From the NCBI GenBank assembly GCA_964428125.1, contig CAYRXB010000009.1, positions 10,006 to 74,005 on the forward strand: a stretch of DNA of 64,000 bases, read 5' to 3'. This DNA comes from an uncultured Anaerolinea sp. (GTDB taxonomy: Bacteria; Chloroflexota; Anaerolineae; Anaerolineales; Anaerolineaceae). A program made the translations under genes and the position numbers. Below, in pieces: positions 9,012-17,050 of this stretch. Positions within the stretch are counted from its first letter, which is position 1. Each line of letters opens with the position of its first letter. The notes beneath the pieces are model-generated. The model was not told where the DNA came from and ran no database searches. It saw nothing but the letters and a program-made list of their open reading frames with translations.

Positions 9012-9051
9012 TTTGGCAATCTTTGGCAATCAAACTTGCCAATTTGGCAAT
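9012..9051. repeat. Array of four TTGGCAAT/TTGCCAAT boxes (iteron- or operator-like)
   Basis: TTTGGCAAT at 9012-9020, 9022-9030 and 9043-9051, plus CTTGCCAAT at 9035-9043. The last two form the 15-bp perfect palindrome TTGCCAATTTGGCAA (9036-9050). Located 140-180 nt upstream of the 198-aa gene start. Confidence 0.7.
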
Positions 9052-9127
9052 GTGGATAAAAATGGTGGGCTTCTCCCGTATAGGGAAACACAGGGCGTGG
9101 AATCCACCCTAGCCACCTCAGGATCAT

Positions 9128-9237
9128 TTGATACCAAAGTATTATTTACTCGCAAAGATTGATACTTAATGCAGGTTAAGTAATAAAACAATCTTTTCAT
9201 TGATACATAAGTATCATTAGAAAGAGAGAATTGATAC
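9128..9237. repeat. Four helically phased TTGATAC boxes in an AT-rich spacer
   Basis: TTGATAC at 9128, 9159, 9200 and 9231, giving spacings of 31, 41 and 31 nt (about 3, 4 and 3 helical turns). The third copy is part of the palindrome GATACATAAGTATC (9202-9215). Confidence 0.65.
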
Positions 9238-9320
9238 TTTTGTTTGTATAAGTAATATTTTATGTATAGCGAAAGAGTAAATAATTAAAAATACGCTGCC
9301 AATTTCTATTTATTCAGGGT

Positions 9321-10493
9321 TTAATTTATTCGAAGTATTTCAAGAATATCTTTTGCTTCGAAAACTCTCCCCCATTTTTTATCTTCGGTTAAGCTTAAGA
9401 TGCCGATTTTTTGAAGTTTGGCAACATCCTGAGCGGCAGAACGATTCGTGACCTTCAGCATCCGTTCAACATCCTTAATTGATAGGTATGGTTTTTCAAA
9501 AAGATGGTCAACAATCTGGAACAAGTCGGAAGTGGATTTGAATTGATTTAATTTTTTTCTCCAAACTTCACGCAAATCGATGAGCCTACGGCTTCGACTT
9601 ACTGCGTCATTCGATTGGGTAATAACCGCTGTAAGAAAGTAAATGAGCCATTCTTCCCAAGTCCCTTTTTGTGAGACATTTAGCAACCCTTGATAATATT
9701 TGTCCCGGTCCTTCTCAAAATATGCACTCAAGTATAGAAGCGGAGAGGGGAGCAACCCCCAGGCAACCAATAGAAGAGCAATCAAGAGACGACCTACACG
9801 TCCATTACCATCAATAAAAGGGTGAATCGTTTCAAATTGATAGTGCAGTAAACCGATACGAATAAGAGGTGGGTATTGGTTACCAGTTTTGAGATATTTT
9901 TCAAATTCTCGTAATAGCCTTGAGAGATCCTCAACAGGAGGGGGAATAAAAATGGCATCTTCGGGATCATTTGTTCGACCGATGAAGTTTTGGATATCAC
10001 GGAATTTGCCAATACTATGGCTGTCTCCTCTTACCCCATAAAGCAGTAAACGGTTCATTTGCCTAAGCAAATCAAGATTTATAGGTTTTTGTTTGATCCA
10101 TTCGAGACCCGCCCTCATTGCGGTTACGTAGTTAAATACCTCTTGATTCTCCAGCTTTGATCGCGGATTGATTTCAAATCCAGGGATTGAATACCCGGAT
10201 TCATAGCTATACAACTCTTCCAATCCGGTATGCGTTCCTTCTATACGTGAGGATAAAACAGCTTCACGCCGCATAAAGGGTTCGATCAAAATTGCGGGGT
10301 CAGGAATAGTACGCCCAACACCTGCCAATTCACTTACCGCACGGTCGGCTTCAGAGATCAGGGAAGTGAGTTTCCAACTGGGGGTAATTTCAGGGGGAAG
10401 AGGATTCGGCAGGAAAGCCGAATATGGGACCAGGTTGATTCTGGTTGTGACCAATCTGCCGGAAGTGGAATTTTCAAAAGATTTAGGGTCCAT
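9321..10493 (-). CDS. Fic family protein (class II, SoFic-like AMPylase architecture)
   Basis: 390 aa. Catalytic motif HPFIDGNGRVGRLL; upstream inhibitory-helix motif SSRIEG ((S/T)xxxE(G/N)); C-terminal winged-helix-like tail. The gene is visibly AT-rich compared with the core genes. GGAG RBS lies 8 nt upstream of ATG 10493. Confidence 0.9.
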   Translation of the reverse strand: MDPKSFENSTSGRLVTTRINLVPYSAFLPNPLPPEITPSWKLTSLISEADRAVSELAGVGRTIPDPAILIEPFMRREAVLSSRIEGTHTGLEELYSYESGYSIPGFEINPRSKLENQEVFNYVTAMRAGLEWIKQKPINLDLLRQMNRLLLYGVRGDSHSIGKFRDIQNFIGRTNDPEDAIFIPPPVEDLSRLLREFEKYLKTGNQYPPLIRIGLLHYQFETIHPFIDGNGRVGRLLIALLLVAWGLLPSPLLYLSAYFEKDRDKYYQGLLNVSQKGTWEEWLIYFLTAVITQSNDAVSRSRRLIDLREVWRKKLNQFKSTSDLFQIVDHLFEKPYLSIKDVERMLKVTNRSAAQDVAKLQKIGILSLTEDKKWGRVFEAKDILEILRIN

Positions 10494-10674
10494 GAGATTT
10501 CTCCATCTACTTTACAATTTTAGCCGTAAATCTCAAATTCAATATTTTCAGCACTTGAATGATTTGGTTTTCATGCCTGGTTTTTCCATTCATGGTTCTA
10601 TTGCTCGATATTTATGGAAAGCAACTAGTTGTTGCAACACATTGCTTTCGGCGCGTGCAGGTGTAACAAAGTTC

Positions 10675-10833
10675 GAGATTGCCACGCTCCCTGCGGTCGT
10701 TCGCAATGACAGGCGGGCGAATTGCTGGAAGTTAACGGGGATCGCTCTTTCAGAGTGCAAAGAACGCGACCACGCTTCGCTCGCGATGACAAAGTACGAG
10801 ATTGCTTCGTCACTGCGTTCCTCGCAATGACAA
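10675..10833 (+). repeat. Three clustered copies of a ~37-nt short repeat (GAGATTGC...CGCAATGACAA family)
   Basis: GAGATTGCCACGCTCCCTGCGGTCGTTCGCAATGACA (10675-10711); a degenerate copy ending CGCTTCGCTCGCGATGACAA (to 10792); GAGATTGCTTCGTCACTGCGTTCCTCGCAATGACAA (10798-10833). Further copies lie at 13833-13872 and 30031-30068. Confidence 0.8.
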
Positions 10834-10835
10834 CA

Positions 10836-13661
10836 TTAGGAGCCCTCGACGATGGCGATTTCTTCGGGGGTGAGGTCGTAGAGCTGGTAGACGAGTTGGT
10901 CGATCTGGCGGTCGGTGGTGGTGATTTGGCGTTGGAGGCGTTCTTTTTCATCGGGGAGGCGGGCGGCGGCGAGCTGTTTGTGGAGAGTGAGCATGGTTTC
11001 GACCAGGGCAACCAAGCGGTCATGATTTCGTGCCAAAATATCTTCGGTCGGAAATGGTAATGCGAGAATATCTTTTATAGTTACTTGAGGAAAATCATCT
11101 TTAGCAGCTTGGGTTACTTGTTTTAGATAAAGATAAGAAAGTAATTTACTATTTAGAATCCCTAAAAGACTATGAAGATCACGTGGACTTTTAGTTATGA
11201 TTGAATATAAATTCTTATTTGAAATAAAGGTATCATCAACGACTGAAGCCATTAGTCGTTGTTGGCGATTGACTAGTCGCCTTAATAATATCCTTTGATT
11301 TTCAAACCAAATAAATTCTTTAGGTTTTTCCTTTAATTTTTCATCAAAAGCAATCCATTTTTCAAGTTTCAGATTTACTACATAACGATAAACATCACCC
11401 TCAAAGTATGGGAAATAAGATGAATCCTTTTTATGATCCTTTAATAGTGTTTTATCAAACAGAACACCTCTCTTTATTGATGCAACTTCTTTAATACTTC
11501 TTATGTTCTTTTCACGAAGATTTTCCAAAAGCTTTGAGGCTTCTGGGTCAACGAGGAATTTCCGTCCACTTGATGTTAACCAAGTATTTTGTTCGATATG
11601 TTTGTATTTATCATCCAATTCCATGACCCGAATTTTTTCGCGTTTCGGGTAAACATATGTATTTGCTATATGCCCTTTTTTTGGATGCTTTCTAGAAAGG
11701 ACAAATATTAACGTATCAATATAGGCATCTGGAAAAATGTCAAATGGAAGAAGTACAATGTTGTCAATTTCAAATTGAAGTAAATATTCTCGTAGTTTTT
11801 CGTAATTTGGCCCACTTACCCAACCTGAAGGAACGATGTACGAAAATCTTCCTAAATCATCAATAAGGGTTGTGCATTTTTCAACAAAACAAGTAAAAAT
11901 ATCTCTTGTTGCTTTATAAGTCACGTACTTTTGTAAATAATATAGATTTTCCAATTCCCTAATAGTTGCACCATATGGTGGATTCCCAATCACTGCATTG
12001 AAACCGCCATTAGAAAACACAGTTTTAAATTCCTTGTGCCAATCAAAAGCGTTAACACGGTACTGCTCCTCGCTGTCAAATAAAGTGCCCTGCTGATCCT
12101 CGTAGAAATCGGGTCCGATGAGGGAATTACCGCACTTGATGTTCTCCGCCAGGTCGGGGAGGATGCGCTCCTCGCTGAAAAGGCTGAGCTGACCGGGGTT
12201 CTCGACGACCTTGAGGAGGAGGGAAAGTTTGGTGACCTCCACCGCCTGGGAATCGATATCCACGCCGTAGATGTGGCGGGTAAGGATATCCTTTTTCTTT
12301 TCGAGGGTAAGCTGCCAGCCGCCAGGGACCTCAATGACGGCGGGCGAGGCACCGCGGGAATGTTTTTTTGGATCGTTGTGGACGTACCAATCGAGGTACC
12401 AATCCATGAGAAACTGGTACGCGCCGAGAAGGAAGGAACCGGAGCCACAGGCAGGATCCAATACACGCAGGGGGGTGGTCTTTAGACTCTCAGGCGTTTT
12501 GTCGTTGAGCAGTTCGCCAACGGTATTCTTGACGATGTAGTCGACGATATAAGTGGGAGTGTAATAAACCCCGCCGGCTTTGCGGACTTCGGGTTTTTCC
12601 TCCACTTTGGCGATGTGCCCTGGGGTGAGGCGGATAACGCGCCCGAGGAATCGCTCGTAGACCTGCCCGAGGATATCAGCGGAGAAGTAGTTAAAGCGAT
12701 AAGGGCTTTTGGGAAGGTAAAGGTTGGAGAGGATATCCTTGAAAACTTTGTCATCGATTTTGAGAGTGGGGGTGAAGGTATCAGCGTGACCTGGGCGGTT
12801 CTTTTCGGCGGTGAAGTGAAAGAGACCGGAATTGTATTTCTTATCGGCTTTGCGGAAGAGCTCCAACAGGTCGGCGTAAACATCAATGCCATCGGTGGCG
12901 TTCTTAAGATTCTCTTCGGGTTCGATACCGCGATCCTCGCAAATGCGGAGGAAGATGAGGCGGTCGATGGTGGTCTGAACGGCGGTGTTGAGCTCACGCT
13001 GGGTAACCGATGGATTACGCAGGGCGATGTTGTGCGCCAGCAGGTCGCGCCAGCGTTCCATTTCAGCGAGGAAGGAATCATCCACATCCTGGGTGCCGCG
13101 CTTGCCTTTAACGCCCTGAACGAACGTTTCAAAGGCACCGCTGGTGACGGCGGAACGGGAAATGCGCGCGGCGATCTCATCCCATTTGGAGAGATAGTCC
13201 TTGAAATGGAAGAGGGCGACCCGTCCGATGCCGGGGTTGGCATCATAGATGGGTTTGGTGGCACATTCATAAAACGCCATCTGCTCAAAGTCGGTGAGGA
13301 TGCTGAAGGAAAGTTTTTTGGACCAGGCGTAGGATTTAAGCTGGAAAGCGGGGGCAGGATCGGTTTCGATGTTGACGGAAGGCTTTTTGGCTTCCACGAA
13401 GAATGCGGGGGTTTCACCAATCTTGAAGAGGTAATCGGCGGATTTTGCCTGACCGCCAATCTCAACGGAGGATTCGTGGATGACATCGCGGTATTTTTCG
13501 GAGGCGTTGCCGGTGTTGCGGACATCCCAACCGAGGGCTTCGAAGAAGGGGTCGAGGAAATCACGGCGGAGCTCGGTCTCGTTGTAGCGCCCGGATTTGT
13601 AGGCGGCGAGCTGCGACTCGAAGCGGGTGACGAGGTCAATGACGGATTGAGGTGCGGGCAT
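10836..13661 (-). CDS. Type IIG restriction-modification enzyme (fused PD-(D/E)xK nuclease, gamma-class N6-adenine DNA methyltransferase and specificity domain; Eco57I-like)
   Basis: N-terminal HsdR_N-like nuclease block (DYLFKIGETPAFFVEAKKPS); AdoMet motif I (VLDPACGSGSFLLGAY); catalytic motif IV (IGNPPYGA); long C-terminal specificity region; conserved terminal helix (RQIDQLVYQLYDLTPEEIAIVE). The track start 13685 is TTG. ATG 13661 is preceded by GGAGA at 5 nt and is preferred. Confidence 0.85.
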   Translation of the reverse strand: MPAPQSVIDLVTRFESQLAAYKSGRYNETELRRDFLDPFFEALGWDVRNTGNASEKYRDVIHESSVEIGGQAKSADYLFKIGETPAFFVEAKKPSVNIETDPAPAFQLKSYAWSKKLSFSILTDFEQMAFYECATKPIYDANPGIGRVALFHFKDYLSKWDEIAARISRSAVTSGAFETFVQGVKGKRGTQDVDDSFLAEMERWRDLLAHNIALRNPSVTQRELNTAVQTTIDRLIFLRICEDRGIEPEENLKNATDGIDVYADLLELFRKADKKYNSGLFHFTAEKNRPGHADTFTPTLKIDDKVFKDILSNLYLPKSPYRFNYFSADILGQVYERFLGRVIRLTPGHIAKVEEKPEVRKAGGVYYTPTYIVDYIVKNTVGELLNDKTPESLKTTPLRVLDPACGSGSFLLGAYQFLMDWYLDWYVHNDPKKHSRGASPAVIEVPGGWQLTLEKKKDILTRHIYGVDIDSQAVEVTKLSLLLKVVENPGQLSLFSEERILPDLAENIKCGNSLIGPDFYEDQQGTLFDSEEQYRVNAFDWHKEFKTVFSNGGFNAVIGNPPYGATIRELENLYYLQKYVTYKATRDIFTCFVEKCTTLIDDLGRFSYIVPSGWVSGPNYEKLREYLLQFEIDNIVLLPFDIFPDAYIDTLIFVLSRKHPKKGHIANTYVYPKREKIRVMELDDKYKHIEQNTWLTSSGRKFLVDPEASKLLENLREKNIRSIKEVASIKRGVLFDKTLLKDHKKDSSYFPYFEGDVYRYVVNLKLEKWIAFDEKLKEKPKEFIWFENQRILLRRLVNRQQRLMASVVDDTFISNKNLYSIITKSPRDLHSLLGILNSKLLSYLYLKQVTQAAKDDFPQVTIKDILALPFPTEDILARNHDRLVALVETMLTLHKQLAAARLPDEKERLQRQITTTDRQIDQLVYQLYDLTPEEIAIVEGS

Positions 13662-13686
13662 TGGGTCTCCAATCGGGCGGGGCAAG

Positions 13687-13970
13687 GTAGGGGTGATTCA
13701 TGAATCACCCCTACGAATGACATTATTTAACCCCACGTGGTTAATTGTATATCAGTTTTACGAGGGGGCGAATGCTCCAGAAAACCATCTGGAGTGCATA
13801 TTGCGTGACTATTCCCTATTGAAACCAAGGACGAGATTGCTTCGTCGGGCTTCGCCCTCCTCGCAATGACAATGTAGTTAGGGTTTTTTGTTCTCAGTTT
13901 TGTGTATTTAGTGTATTTCGTGGTTAGATTTTTTGATTTTCCTTTCAGTGTTTTCTGTGTATTCTGTGGT
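13687..13970 (-). repeat. Composite REP-like repeat, copy C (inverted; carries a nested short repeat)
   Basis: The reverse complement reads ACCACAGAATACACAGAAAACACTGAAAGG...AACCACGAAATACACTAAATACAC...[insert including the short repeat at 13833-13872]...AATAATGTCATTC + GTAGGGGTGATTCATGAATCACCCCTAC (13687-13714). The palindrome differs from copies A/B by paired changes in both arms. Confidence 0.8.
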
Positions 13971-14017
13971 AAACGTTCTTGAATTATCAGAAATATATAA
14001 GAGTTTATAAAAATCTC

Positions 14018-14046
14018 TTGACTTGCGTTTGAATCCCGATTATTAT
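14018..14046 (+). promoter_or_regulatory. sigma70-type promoter of groESL
   Basis: TTGACT (14018-14023), a 17-nt spacer, then TATTAT (14041-14046), immediately upstream of the CIRCE element. Confidence 0.7.
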
Positions 14047-14056
14047 TCAAATGCTT

Positions 14057-14083
14057 TTAGCACTCGTAGTAAATGAGTGCTAA
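14057..14083 (+). promoter_or_regulatory. CIRCE operator (HrcA binding site)
   Basis: TTAGCACTC-GTAGTAAAT-GAGTGCTAA is a perfect match to the CIRCE consensus TTAGCACTC-N9-GAGTGCTAA. It lies 34 nt upstream of the groES ATG. Confidence 0.95.
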
Positions 14084-14116
14084 ATTACTCAGATCAATCC
14101 TTATCAGGAGGTTAGT

Positions 14117-14410
14117 ATGGCTCTAAATCTCAAACCTTTAGGCAGCCGGGTGGTTGTTGAACCCCTGGAAGAGAACGAAGTGACCGCTGGCGGTATCGTC
14201 CTCCCTGAAACTGCCAAAGAAAAACCCCAAAAGGGTACCGTCCTCTCCGTTGGTCCTGGCGACCGCGATGAAGACGGAAAACGCATCCCCATGGATGTGG
14301 CTGTTGGTGATGTCGTGCTCTTTGCCAAGTATGGCGGCACCGAGATCAAGATCGACAGCAAGAAGCTCTTGATCCTGCGTGAGAGCGACCTGCTCGCAAT
14401 TGTCAAGTAA
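14117..14410 (+). CDS. groES: Co-chaperonin GroES
   Basis: 97 aa. [53 protein letters not shown] at 14106-14111. Confidence 0.97.
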   Translation: MALNLKPLGSRVVVEPLEENEVTAGGIVLPETAKEKPQKGTVLSVGPGDRDEDGKRIPMDVAVGDVVLFAKYGGTEIKIDSKKLLILRESDLLAIVK

Positions 14411-14439
14411 ATTGTAAAATTCTAAAGGAGTAGATCCCT

Positions 14440-16074
14440 ATGTCTGCTAAACAACTCATTTTTGGTGAAGAAGCCCGCCGCAAGCTCAAGAACGGCATCG
14501 ATATCGTCTCCACCGCAGTCGTCACCACCCTCGGCCCCAAGGGTCGCAACGTGGCTATCGACCGCAAATTTGGTTCTCCCACCATCACCCATGACGGCGT
14601 GACCGTTGCCAAGGAAATCGAACTGGAAGACCCCTTTGAAAACATGGGCGCCCAGCTCATTAAGGAAGCTGCCACCAAGACCAATGATATCGCTGGCGAC
14701 GGCACCACCACCAGCACTTTGCTGGCTCACACCATCGTCACCGAAGGTCTGAAGACCCTCGCTGCTGGCGGCAACCCGATGCTGCTCAAACGCGGCATTG
14801 AAACCGCCACCAACAAGATCTCCGAAGCCATCAAGAAGGCTGCAATTCCCATCAGCACCCGCCAGGATATTGCCGCGGTTGCCACCACTTCCGCGCAGGA
14901 TGCCAGCATCGGCGAGCTCATCGCCGATGTGATGGACAAGGTCGGCAAAGACGGCGTAATCACCGTGGAAGAGTCCAAAGGACTTGAATTCGAAAAAGAG
15001 TACGTGGAAGGTATGCAGTTCGACCGCGGTTACATTTCCGCCTACTTCATCACCGATTCCGAGCACATGGAATCCGTGATCCCCGAACCCTATATCCTCA
15101 TCTACGACAAGAAGATCTCCGCCGCCCAGGATATCGTTCCCATCCTCGAGAAACTCGTCCAGACCGGCAAACGCGACCTGGTCATCATCGCTGAAGATGT
15201 TGACGCCGAAGCCCTTGCCACCCTGGTTCTGAACAAACTGCGCGGCATGCTCAACGTGCTCGCCATCAAAGCCCCCGGCTTTGGCGACCGCCGCAAAGCC
15301 ATGCTGCAGGATATTGCCATCCTCACCGGCGCCCAGGTTATCTCTGAGGAGACCGGTCGCAAGCTGGATACCGTGGTCCTCTCCGACCTCGGCCGCGCTG
15401 AGAAGGTGACCGCTGACAAAGACAACACCACCATCATCGGCGGCAAAGGCGACGAAGCCCAGATCAAAGGCCGCATCGAGCAGATCCGCATCGAGATCGA
15501 CAAAACCACCTCCGATTACGACCGCGAGAAACTGCAGGAACGCCTTGCCAAGCTCTCCGGCGGTGTTGCCATCATCCGTGTTGGCGCAGCCACCGAGACC
15601 GAACTCAAGGAAAAGAAACACCGCGTGGAAGATGCCCTTTCCGCCACCCGTGCCGCAGTTGAAGAAGGCATCGTCCCAGGCGGCGGTGTTGCCCTGATCA
15701 ACGCTATGTCAGTCCTCGATGATGTCAAGCTCGATTCAGAGGATGAGCAGATCGGCCTCAAGATCGTCCGCAAAGCCCTCGAAATGCCCATGCGCAAGAT
15801 CGTGGAAAATGCTGGCAAAGACGGCGCCGTTATCGTTGAAGCTGTCCGCGCTGCCCAGAAAGCCAAGAAGAACGAGAAGATCGGCTACGACGTGATCCGC
15901 GATGATTACATCGACATGATCAAGGGCGGCCTCGGCGATCCCGCCAAGGTTACCCGCGGTGCCCTCGAGAATGCTGCCTCCATCGCAGCCATGATCCTCA
16001 CCACCGAAGCCCTCATCACCGAGATCCCGGAGAAGACACCCCCCGCTCCTCCCGCTCCCCCGATGGATTACTAA
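14440..16074 (+). CDS. groEL: Chaperonin GroEL
   Basis: 544 aa. [30 protein letters not shown] and [10 protein letters not shown] blocks. The C-terminal tail is [11 protein letters not shown] rather than a GGM repeat. Confidence 0.98.
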   Translation: MSAKQLIFGEEARRKLKNGIDIVSTAVVTTLGPKGRNVAIDRKFGSPTITHDGVTVAKEIELEDPFENMGAQLIKEAATKTNDIAGDGTTTSTLLAHTIVTEGLKTLAAGGNPMLLKRGIETATNKISEAIKKAAIPISTRQDIAAVATTSAQDASIGELIADVMDKVGKDGVITVEESKGLEFEKEYVEGMQFDRGYISAYFITDSEHMESVIPEPYILIYDKKISAAQDIVPILEKLVQTGKRDLVIIAEDVDAEALATLVLNKLRGMLNVLAIKAPGFGDRRKAMLQDIAILTGAQVISEETGRKLDTVVLSDLGRAEKVTADKDNTTIIGGKGDEAQIKGRIEQIRIEIDKTTSDYDREKLQERLAKLSGGVAIIRVGAATETELKEKKHRVEDALSATRAAVEEGIVPGGGVALINAMSVLDDVKLDSEDEQIGLKIVRKALEMPMRKIVENAGKDGAVIVEAVRAAQKAKKNEKIGYDVIRDDYIDMIKGGLGDPAKVTRGALENAASIAAMILTTEALITEIPEKTPPAPPAPPMDY

Positions 16075-16090
16075 TCCCTGATGAAGCAGA

Positions 16091-16120
16091 ACTGGCAGGC
16101 CGAAAGCCTGCCAGTTTTCT
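16091..16120 (+). terminator. Rho-independent terminator of groESL
   Basis: ACTGGCAGGC-cgaaa-GCCTGCCAGT followed by TTTTCT. Confidence 0.8.
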
Positions 16121-16149
16121 ATTGAATGGATTCAGGTATAATTTAGCGG

Positions 16150-17025
16150 ATGAAACGACTACTAACTGCCTTCCTTGCTGCGCTGTACGTTCTCAGCGCC
16201 TGCACCAAACCCCCCGCCAACCCAACCCCAATCGCGGTACCCGTCAGCGAATCCACGCCGACCGTTACCCCGGTACCGATGGCACTCATCGTCAACGGCG
16301 AGGGCATCAGCCTGGAGGAGTACAACGCAGCCCTCAAGCAGCTGCAGGAAGCGCAGCAATCCATCGGCAAGGCAGCCACCCCCCAGGAGCAGCACGATAC
16401 CCTGGTGGAGACTTTCGTGAGCGAACTACTGCTGGCGCAGGCTGCCGCTCAATCCGGTAAGGTGGTGGATGACGCTGAGTTACAGGCGCGCATCGACAAA
16501 CTGGCAGCCGACCTCGGCGGCGCGGATAAACTGACCGCCTGGCAGCAGCGCTACGGGTATACCCCGGAGAGCTTCAGCACCAGTTTGAGGCGCTCGATCC
16601 TGGTGAGCTGGCAGCGCGACGCCATCATCAACGCGGTGCCGACCACTGCCGACCAGGTGCACGCGCGCCAGATCCTGGTGCAGGACAAGGATAACGCGGA
16701 CGCCGCCTATGCCCAGATCCGCACCGGCACCGACTTCGAAGCATTGGCGCACGTTTACGACCCCGCGCTGGACGGTGATATGCAGTGGTTCCCGCAGTGG
16801 GGGCTGACCCAGCAAAACGTGGCGGATGCCGCCTTTGCCTTGCAGCCCGGGCAGTACTCTGAAGTGATCAAGAGCGACCTGGGGTATCACATCGTGTATG
16901 TCATCGAGCGGGATGCGGCACACCCGTTATCCGTCAACATGCGCCTAATCTTGCAACGAAAAACGCTGCAAGAATGGCTGGCGGCTGCTAAAGCTGCCAG
17001 CACGATCGAAATCCTGGTTAATTGA
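16150..17025 (+). CDS. PpiC/parvulin-type peptidyl-prolyl isomerase lipoprotein (PrsA/SurA-like)
   Basis: 291 aa. Lipobox (AALYVLSAC); SurA-N-like helical region; rotamase block (VHARQILV...FEALAHVYDP...GDMQWFPQ...SDLGYHIVYVIER). Confidence 0.8.
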   Translation: MKRLLTAFLAALYVLSACTKPPANPTPIAVPVSESTPTVTPVPMALIVNGEGISLEEYNAALKQLQEAQQSIGKAATPQEQHDTLVETFVSELLLAQAAAQSGKVVDDAELQARIDKLAADLGGADKLTAWQQRYGYTPESFSTSLRRSILVSWQRDAIINAVPTTADQVHARQILVQDKDNADAAYAQIRTGTDFEALAHVYDPALDGDMQWFPQWGLTQQNVADAAFALQPGQYSEVIKSDLGYHIVYVIERDAAHPLSVNMRLILQRKTLQEWLAAAKAASTIEILVN

Positions 17026-17050
17026 CCAAACTCTACTTGGGGAGCGGCAC

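Noticed and set aside
9090-9120. GGGCGTGGAATCCACCCTAGCCACCTCA looked like a tRNA 3' end or att-site remnant
   Set aside because: The putative T-arm cannot form: GTGGA/TCCAC leaves a 1-nt loop, there is no GTTCRAATC-like loop, and no acceptor-stem partner is present.
9012-9237. Short-repeat arrays considered as a degenerate CRISPR array
   Set aside because: The repeat units are only 7-9 nt with 1-34 nt between them, there is no 25-40 nt repeat/spacer periodicity, and there are no cas genes in the window.
12482-13723. 413-aa minus-strand and 362-aa plus-strand (12615..13703) ORFs
   Set aside because: They are alternative frames over the GC-rich part of the type IIG R-M gene. The R-M frame carries all the nuclease and methylase motifs, and these ORFs are Pro/Ser/Gly-rich nonsense.
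8112-13970. Prophage or IS/transposon interpretation of the islet
   Set aside because: There is no integrase, transposase, recombinase, capsid or tail gene, and no tRNA attachment site. The flanking repeats belong to a dispersed REP-like family rather than IS termini. I therefore report it only as a repeat-bracketed mosaic islet.
14422-15621. 399-aa minus-strand ORF
   Set aside because: It is antisense to groEL. It is Gly/Asp/Ala-rich shadow sequence.
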